Shown: piece by piece, positions 26,254 through 31,836 of the stretch | Layout: each line of letters begins with the position of its first letter | Numbering within the stretch: the first letter of the stretch is position 1 | From: a virus | Virus record (IMG/VR): IMGVR_UViG_3300011185_000002 | DNA length: 32,724 bases | Direction: 5' to 3' (one strand) | Notes under the pieces: model-generated | What the model saw: only the letters and a program-made list of their open reading frames with translations | The model's database searches: none | Told to the model about the DNA's origin: nothing | Made by a program: the position numbers and the translations under genes

Positions 26254-26812
26254 AGCTACGCAGAAGAAAAAGGCGCCTGAAACGGTGCTTAAGGGCAACC
26301 GGCCGGCAGCTGGTGGCGGGATCAAGAAAAAGCCCGGTAAAGGCCGTAATCCAGTGTCTGAGAACCTATTGATGAGTGTCATTGAGCGGATGTGCGAAGG
26401 TGAGAGCCTGCGCCAGATCTGCCAGGACCCTAAAATGCCTTCAGTAGGGACGGTACTTAACTACGCCATGCTCAGGAAAGGTGTGGGGCAGGAATGGGTT
26501 GAGCGCTTTGCTGAGGCGTACCAGATCGCTAAACAGATTCGGGCTGAGGCCTGGGCAGACGAGCTGGTCGGGATTGCAGACGGCACCGCCCCAATCAGTG
26601 AAGACGTACAACGTAACAAGCTGAGGATCGACACGCGGAAATGGCTGCTGAGCAAGCTGATGAAAGAGTACAGTGAAAAGCAAGCTCATGAAATCAGTGG
26701 TCCGGATGGTGGGCCTGTTAAGTCAGAGAGTCAGGTGATGTTATATCTGCCTGACAACAAAAGAAGCTATGAAGACGAGGGAACTGTTGACGAGCCTGGT
26801 TCAGAACAGTAA
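26240..26812 (+). CDS. Terminase small subunit-like HTH protein
   Basis: GESLRQICQDPKMPSVGTVLNY is HTH-like. RNKLRIDTRKWLLSKLM resembles a family I recall being annotated as terminase small subunit in many phages. The gene is not adjacent to terL. Confidence 0.5.
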   Translation: MANAKATQKKKAPETVLKGNRPAAGGGIKKKPGKGRNPVSENLLMSVIERMCEGESLRQICQDPKMPSVGTVLNYAMLRKGVGQEWVERFAEAYQIAKQIRAEAWADELVGIADGTAPISEDVQRNKLRIDTRKWLLSKLMKEYSEKQAHEISGPDGGPVKSESQVMLYLPDNKRSYEDEGTVDEPGSEQ

Positions 26813-26864
26813 TATAATGGTTATTACGGAAGTGATGAGCCGTGATATCAGTGAGAAACGTTTA

Positions 26865-26897
26865 GCCCGGTTGAAAAATACCGGGTATTTTTTTGCC
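26865..26897 (+). terminator. Rho-independent terminator
   Basis: The hairpin is GCCCGGT-TGAAAAAT-ACCGGGT, followed by ATTTTTTT. Confidence 0.75.
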
Positions 26898-26920
26898 CTA
26901 AGGTATTGCATAAGTATAAC
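26893..26920 (+). promoter_or_regulatory. Candidate sigma70 promoter (TTGCCC, 16 nt, TATAAC)
   Basis: The hexamers lie at 26893-26898 and 26915-26920, about 50 nt upstream of the next ORF. Confidence 0.35.
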
Positions 26921-26969
26921 AAGCCGAGTAACCTACAATTGAAGTCAACGAAAACACAAAGAGGCACTC

Positions 26970-27158
26970 ATGAAAGCAGCAGACATCCGAGTACAGAATC
27001 ACGAAGACGGTGGCGTAACAGTTAAGCACACCCCGAGCGGGATTAGCACCACGAGCAACGACAGGCAAACCCGAGAAGGTAACCTTCGGGCAGCAATGAA
27101 AGTGGTACAGACTGGGGTTAACAACTTCCAACATAAGGATCTGAACTATGTTTCGTAA
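26970..27158 (+). CDS. Small protein (62 aa) resembling the core of the class-I release factor RF-1 domain but lacking GGQ
   Basis: An AAAGAGG RBS is present. By eye, VTVKHTPSGISTTSNDRQTREGNLRAAMKVV aligns to the RF1/RF2 segment [31 protein letters not shown] through H-x-P-S/T-G-I ... D ... N ... AM-x-V. The GGQ loop is absent. Confidence 0.5.
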   Translation: MKAADIRVQNHEDGGVTVKHTPSGISTTSNDRQTREGNLRAAMKVVQTGVNNFQHKDLNYVS

Positions 27159-27390
27159 CATCATCGACTCAATCGTTTACACAGTGAAGATGGCCTGGGC
27201 TAACGCTGGCCTGGGCAACAACTTCCAAAGCGGACTGGACTGGGCTTTTCGGGAGCTGCACAACGGCGCAAGCGTACCAGATCTTGAGGCGTCAGTGCTC
27301 CACTGCAAAGGCTTCCACATGACAGAAGCCGATAAAGACTACAGCCGCGGCGTACTAGCTGCATGCGAATACTATGGAGGTGGCCTGTGA
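27148..27390 (+). CDS. Hypothetical protein (80 aa)
   Basis: The ORF overlaps its neighbours at both ends. It shares an F-x-x-G-x-x-WA-x-x-x-L-x-x-G ... LE-x-S motif with the next ORF. Confidence 0.5.
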   Translation: MFRNIIDSIVYTVKMAWANAGLGNNFQSGLDWAFRELHNGASVPDLEASVLHCKGFHMTEADKDYSRGVLAACEYYGGGL

Positions 27391-27650
27391 ACCTGAAGAT
27401 TAAAGCGGCAATCTTGAGCATCGGCGAGCTGATGCGGATCCGGATCGCGGATGCTAAGCAGGACGAGGAGTTCAAAGAGGGCATGGCCTGGGCTACTGAA
27501 CAACTTGATGATGGCTTGGACCATTACGAGCTGGAAGAATCGCTTGAGATGCAGGATCGCTATGCCAGCGAAGTGGAAGTGCCTGAGAATGTCAGAGAGT
27601 GGCTCTCAGGGGCACGGGCAGGACTACTGGAGTGGCGCTCGATAAACTGA
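27387..27650 (+). CDS. Hypothetical acidic protein (87 aa, GTG start), a probable paralogue of 27148-27390
   Basis: A GGAGGTGG RBS is followed by a GTG that overlaps the upstream TGA (GTGA). It shares the motif noted for the previous ORF. Confidence 0.45.
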   Translation: MNLKIKAAILSIGELMRIRIADAKQDEEFKEGMAWATEQLDDGLDHYELEESLEMQDRYASEVEVPENVREWLSGARAGLLEWRSIN

Positions 27651-27691
27651 GCGCTTACCTATTAAATAGATCAATACGCGAGGACTTAACG

Positions 27692-28003
27692 ATGAAACAG
27701 ATTATGATTGCAGTAGTGGCAGTGGTGATGGTGATGATCCACACCCAGGCGAACGCCCAAGGATTGAGCGGGTTGATGGCGACAGTCGAGGAGAGCATGC
27801 CGGTACTTGAACGGCTCGCTGCGGCTGATGAGGATGACCTGGCGCTTCACTGCGCGGGTAACCAGGAGTGCATCGACGGGATGCGCAACGATGTGAAGCA
27901 CCTGAATAAGGCCCTGGACATCTTGAAGAGACAGAGCGCCAGTTACCAGGCTAATAAAGCGGCATTTGATGCACAGGAAAGTTCCATAAGGGGAGGCAGG
28001 TAA
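27692..28003 (+). CDS. Small secreted / periplasmic protein (103 aa)
   Basis: A GAGGA RBS is present. The signal peptide is MKQIMIAVVAVVMVMIHTQANA-QG. The mature part is helical and contains 2 Cys. Confidence 0.6.
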   Translation: MKQIMIAVVAVVMVMIHTQANAQGLSGLMATVEESMPVLERLAAADEDDLALHCAGNQECIDGMRNDVKHLNKALDILKRQSASYQANKAAFDAQESSIRGGR

Positions 28004-28677
28004 TGAGAAAACAAGCTGGAGTCACCAAGGTTAATGACGATGAGTGGTATACACCGTATGGGACGGCTTTAAAAGTGGCGGAGTGGCTGGCATCGGCGCT
28101 TAGCCTGGATACACCGATACTATGCCCAGCGGACCTGCCTCCGGATGGATCAGAGTCCGCGATCCCAGAGGCTTTGAGGGCCGTCGGTTTTCGGCAAGTG
28201 CGGGTTACGCGGGACCTTCCCGTATCAACCCAGGAGATACAGGACTGGTTACCAGGTGAAGTTATTGTGACGAACCCACCGTTTAGTCTGCTGGTTCCTT
28301 TCAGGCGCTGGGCCCTCGCGTCAGGATCCAGGTTTTGTATACTATCAAGGCCAGGCGAAATGCGTAGCTGCTGGAACATTCCAGAACTCGGCAGCAGGTT
28401 CAAATCAACAGACGGGCGAAGCGTTGCAGCTGCGTGGGTGCAGAACATTAAGGACACCGTAGAGCCTGGCGAGGTTGCTGGCAATGTCCTTGGGGATTGC
28501 GGGGTCTGCGAGAGTAAGTCATGCCCGAAGAATTCTATGACTGAGGGCTGGCTACCAGGTAAACCAAGGCCACTGTACGGCTTCGGTACTGCAGCTAAGG
28601 GAGGCTTCGTAGGATATTATTGCAAGGTGTATCGTGTAGACGGGATAGGAAAATTTATTAGGTTTTTCAAGCCCTGA
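28003..28677 (+). CDS. Putative DNA N6-adenine methyltransferase (EcoRI-methylase-like family)
   Basis: The N-terminus has DDEWYTP. Catalytic motif IV is VIVTNPPFSLL. The layout resembles the PF13651-type phage adenine methylases as I recall them. Confidence 0.6.
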   Translation: MRKQAGVTKVNDDEWYTPYGTALKVAEWLASALSLDTPILCPADLPPDGSESAIPEALRAVGFRQVRVTRDLPVSTQEIQDWLPGEVIVTNPPFSLLVPFRRWALASGSRFCILSRPGEMRSCWNIPELGSRFKSTDGRSVAAAWVQNIKDTVEPGEVAGNVLGDCGVCESKSCPKNSMTEGWLPGKPRPLYGFGTAAKGGFVGYYCKVYRVDGIGKFIRFFKP

Positions 28678-28717
28678 GATATAGTCACACAGAAAGCATC
28701 ATAAGGGGAAACAAGTA

Positions 28718-29416
28718 ATGCGAGTACTAATTGCATTTGAATCCAGCGGCGTAGTCAGGGAGGCTTTCAGGAGGCTCGGGCATGACGCATGGAGCTGTGA
28801 TCTTCAGCAGGCCGACGATGGGAGTGAGCATCATATTCAAGGGGATGTGATGAGGATCCTTGATGCTGGATGGGACTTGATGATCGCACACCCACCGTGC
28901 ACTTACCTGACTAGCTCGGCAGCGTGGGCGTTTGGGGATGGCCCATACCATCAGAAGGTTAGACCAGAAACCTTGGTAGGTGCAGCCAGGAGAGAGGCCA
29001 GAGAAGAGGCTTTGCGTATGGTGCAGGCATTATTAGAGGCACCTATAAAGCGGATCGCTATTGAGAACCCGTCGGGGTCTATAGGTACTCGAATCCGTAA
29101 AGCAGACCAGTATATCCAGGCGTATGACTTTGGCGAGGATGCCAGTAAGAAGACAGGACTATGGCTCAAGGGCTTAGATCCGATCAAGGGGGAACACTAC
29201 GTTCAGCCACGCTGGGTATGCTGCGGCATGACTCTGCCTGATGGGGTTGGGCGGTATGGGTGCCCAAACTGCTGCGGTGATGAGACCCCTAAGCCGAGAT
29301 GGGCAAACCAAACCCAAAGCGGGCAGAGCAACCTCGGACCTGCTAAAGACCGGTGGAAGGTCAGATCTAAAACCTATCAAGGCATTGCTGATGCGATGGC
29401 TAAGCATTGGGGGTGA
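28718..29416 (+). CDS. Short cytosine-C5 methyltransferase-like protein (232 aa) with a Cys-rich C-terminal segment
   Basis: The motif I-like segment is VLIAFESSGVV, the motif IV-like segment is AHPPCTYL, the motif VI-like segment is IAIENPSG, and the motif VIII-like segment is QAYDFGEDASKKTGLW. The C-terminal segment is CCGMTLPDGVGRYGCPNCCG. No clear target-recognition domain or motifs IX/X were seen. Confidence 0.5.
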   Translation: MRVLIAFESSGVVREAFRRLGHDAWSCDLQQADDGSEHHIQGDVMRILDAGWDLMIAHPPCTYLTSSAAWAFGDGPYHQKVRPETLVGAARREAREEALRMVQALLEAPIKRIAIENPSGSIGTRIRKADQYIQAYDFGEDASKKTGLWLKGLDPIKGEHYVQPRWVCCGMTLPDGVGRYGCPNCCGDETPKPRWANQTQSGQSNLGPAKDRWKVRSKTYQGIADAMAKHWG

Positions 29417-29465
29417 CCCCGGAAAGCAAAAGAAGACCCCGGCCAGGAATGATCGAGGGCTTTTT

Positions 29466-29941
29466 TGTGCGTGTGCACTTTGTGCAGCTGCGCTGTGCAA
29501 TCGGTCGAGTTTGTGCACTTCGGATCCTTGCAAGCGCACATGTATAAATTTTGATCAATCTTATGCTAACCGTAAGTGACTGTTTTTAAAGGGTTTGTGC
29601 ACCTGTGCATTTTGGGTGTGCAGTCGGTGCACGACGCAAGTACCTGATTCTATTGAAGTTTTTCAGTTTGTGCACTTTGTGCAGCAGCTGCGCGATTTGT
29701 GCACCTGTGCAGTGGTAAGGGTTCGCCCTACTTTTTTTAATTTCTTAAGATATATATGAGTATATGAATTAAATAAGGGTCTCATGCGACGTCAAAACTT
29801 TCGTGTTATGCACATGATGCTGCACAAAGTGCACAGATCCTGAAAACCCTTTAGTATCAATAGTTTACGCCGTGCACCGACTGCACACCCAAAATGCACA
29901 GGTGCACATGCCTAGCAAAATCAATGACTTACACTGGTGCA
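29466..29941. repeat. Iteron module B, a paralogue of module A with an extra internal block that creates a perfect 38-bp inverted repeat
   Basis: Perfect TGTGCA boxes start at 29472, 29481, 29494, 29512, 29596, 29604, 29617, 29669, 29678, 29698 and 29706. Perfect TGCACA boxes start at 29809, 29821, 29830, 29882, 29895 and 29903. The AT-rich core spans about 29722-29800. The segment 29596-29633 is the exact reverse complement of 29871-29908. Confidence 0.85.
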
Positions 29942-29996
29942 CCCGTAGCACGCGAGTATGCTACTGGTGCCTTAACAAACTGTAACGTTTATCTTA

Positions 29997-30024
29997 TTGC
30001 ATTAAACTAACAAGCGCGTATAGT
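29997..30024 (+). promoter_or_regulatory. Candidate sigma70 promoter (TTGCAT, 16 nt, TATAGT) for the 30069-31784 operon
   Basis: The hexamers lie at 29997-30002 and 30019-30024, 45 nt upstream of the ATG at 30069. Confidence 0.5.
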
Positions 30025-30068
30025 GGGAACTGTAGACAGCACACAACGAGACAAACAGGAGCACTACC

Positions 30069-30464
30069 ATGGAATTTGACTTTCACACCGCGACTCTGAT
30101 CGATATCGACGTACTTGACCACACCCGCACATTCGAGGCTCACCACGATGACGGTGAGTGCGATACCACAGCTATCGTTAAGGTCACACTGCGCGATAAG
30201 ACCGGGTTCCAGCTGGAGTTTTTTTGCAGCGCTAAATCTGTGAATCACAGCGACTCGGACTGCGCGAGTGAGATCCACTACTACATCAGCCGCGAGGAGT
30301 ACCCTGACGTTCTGATCAACGGCATCCCCGAGCACAACCGCCTTGAGCTCGGCACTTGCCGCCTGTTCATTGACACGAACAACATCGGCGTCTGGCAGCA
30401 TCAAGTAAAGAACTGCCTGCTGAACCGCGATGTTGACGAGATCATTTTCTGGGACCAGGCATAA
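30069..30464 (+). CDS. Strongly acidic hypothetical protein (131 aa)
   Basis: An ACAGGAG RBS is present. By my count there are about 25 Asp/Glu against about 10 Lys/Arg. It is the first gene after the promoter. Confidence 0.6.
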   Translation: MEFDFHTATLIDIDVLDHTRTFEAHHDDGECDTTAIVKVTLRDKTGFQLEFFCSAKSVNHSDSDCASEIHYYISREEYPDVLINGIPEHNRLELGTCRLFIDTNNIGVWQHQVKNCLLNRDVDEIIFWDQA

Positions 30465-30516
30465 CAGCCCAGGCCATGGACGGCCACCACACAAACTGAA
30501 ACTATGAGGTATTACC

Positions 30517-30957
30517 ATGAACACCAATATCAACGAGCTCACCGAAAAGTTCACCCTGGATACCATCGAGATCCGCCAGCATGCCGCACGCCCTCTCCAG
30601 GATGGTATGCTGAAAACCTACGCGATCGGCGTGATGCAATTCCGCATGCTCGAAGAGCCCAGTGTCCGCCTCCGGTTCCCGGTCTACGCTGAGTCTGACC
30701 TGCACATGTACATTGCCAGCCCAGAGGATTTGCGTTATGACGTGATGCTCGCTGTCGACGTTTGTAACGACCTCTTCATGGGAGTCACTAAGAGCACGAT
30801 CAACGATCCGGAATCTGTCCGTGAATACATCGAGAGCTGCATCCGATTCGAGCAATTCTTTGAGGCTGAGCTACGCGCAGTTGAGAACCTGCCGATCGAG
30901 AATCTCTCCGGAATTGTTGTTGACCATGATCCGGGATCGGATTACTATAACAACTGA
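30517..30957 (+). CDS. Acidic hypothetical protein (146 aa)
   Basis: A TGAGGT RBS is present. By my count there are about 26 Asp/Glu against about 12 Lys/Arg. Confidence 0.6.
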   Translation: MNTNINELTEKFTLDTIEIRQHAARPLQDGMLKTYAIGVMQFRMLEEPSVRLRFPVYAESDLHMYIASPEDLRYDVMLAVDVCNDLFMGVTKSTINDPESVREYIESCIRFEQFFEAELRAVENLPIENLSGIVVDHDPGSDYYNN

Positions 30958-31010
30958 GGCATGGGGCAGACGCCCCTCCTCACTTTCAAACTGATATCGA
31001 GGATTACATC

Positions 31011-31784
31011 ATGAGCAATACTTTCACAAAACTCTATTCCGTTGACTGCAGCATGCACGTTGAAAACAAGAACGGCTTCAGCTACTTGTCCTGGCCGTTC
31101 GCCGTTGCCCAGTTGCGCTCACACGACCCGAAGGCTACCTGGCGCACTATCCGTCACGAAGGCATGCCTTACCTGAAGACTGAGTGCGGCTTCTTTGTCG
31201 AGGTCGAGGTCACTGTCGACGGTATCGCACTGAGCCAGATCCATCCTGTTCTGGATCACCGCAACAAGCCGATCGCTCAGCCTGACGCGTTCCACATCAA
31301 CACCAGCATTCAGCGCTGCATGGTCAAAGCAATGGCACTGCACGGAATTGGCCTTAGCATCTATGCCGGTGAAGACGTTCCGAACCCGGCTAACCTGGCA
31401 CCATCCAACATCAGCGAAGCCGAGGCAGCAGAGATCCGGACACTGATCGGCAAGACTGGCTCCGACGAGCGCAGTTTCCTCGCTTACGTGCAAGCCCAGT
31501 CTGTTGATCAGATCACTCTCGGGGCAATGCATAGCAAAGCGCTGACCGCTCTCAAGTCTAAGCTTAAGAAGCTGGAGGAAAAGAAAGCTCAGGAGGAGGC
31601 AGCCGCTGCCGAGAAGGCTAAGCCTAGCGAAGAGATTGATCAGGATCAGCCCGCATCCGAGCCTAATCAGCCACAGAAGGAGGATCATAGCGCTTCAGAG
31701 CCTGAGACTCATCAGCATGAGATCTCCGATCCTGAGGCAAATGGAGAGCCTGAGGCTAAACCCCGTCGCAGGCGTCGCAACTAA
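31011..31784 (+). CDS. Single-strand annealing protein (Sak / DUF1071, Rad52-like)
   Basis: NGFSYLSWPFAVAQL, INTSIQRCMVKAMALHGIGLSIYAGEDVP is the Sak-family signature. The C-terminal tail is acidic and low-complexity and ends in RRRRRN. Confidence 0.8.
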   Translation: MSNTFTKLYSVDCSMHVENKNGFSYLSWPFAVAQLRSHDPKATWRTIRHEGMPYLKTECGFFVEVEVTVDGIALSQIHPVLDHRNKPIAQPDAFHINTSIQRCMVKAMALHGIGLSIYAGEDVPNPANLAPSNISEAEAAEIRTLIGKTGSDERSFLAYVQAQSVDQITLGAMHSKALTALKSKLKKLEEKKAQEEAAAAEKAKPSEEIDQDQPASEPNQPQKEDHSASEPETHQHEISDPEANGEPEAKPRRRRRN

Positions 31785-31802
31785 TAGCCCATAGTGTTAT
31801 AT

Positions 31803-31836
31803 TAAGCCCCTCTCTTAACAGACTGGGGCTTTTCTT
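31803..31836 (+). terminator. Probable rho-independent terminator or attenuator immediately before terL
   Basis: The hairpin is AAGCCCC-(14-nt loop)-GGGGCTT, followed by TTTCTT. The T-tract abuts the terL ATG. Confidence 0.5.

Noticed and set aside
29410-29466. A possible terminator after the C5-methylase-like gene: a GGGG-TGA-CCCC mini-hairpin, a GACCCCGG direct repeat, and a T6 run at 29461-29466.
   Set aside because: I could not find a convincing GC-rich stem immediately preceding the T-run, and the mini-hairpin is only 4 bp.
29784-29843. A 19-codon micro-ORF (MRRQNFRVMHMMLHKVHRS) with a weak AAGGG RBS inside module B.
   Set aside because: Module A has no ATG or equivalent frame at the homologous position, and the peptide again reflects translation of TGCACA boxes.
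29596-29908. Reading the perfect 38-bp inverted repeats flanking 237 bp as a MITE or IS remnant.
   Set aside because: There is no transposase and no flanking target-site duplication. The repeat arms are built from the same TGTGCA boxes as the rest of both modules, and the right arm is shared with module A. A regulatory or origin role fits better, although a mobile origin cannot be fully excluded.
29994-30566. A 190-aa ORF on the minus strand, spanning the promoter region and two plus-strand genes.
   Set aside because: It runs antisense to two plus-strand ORFs that have good RBSs and sit in a genome where every supported gene is on the + strand. It has no RBS of its own, and its composition is typical of a shadow ORF.
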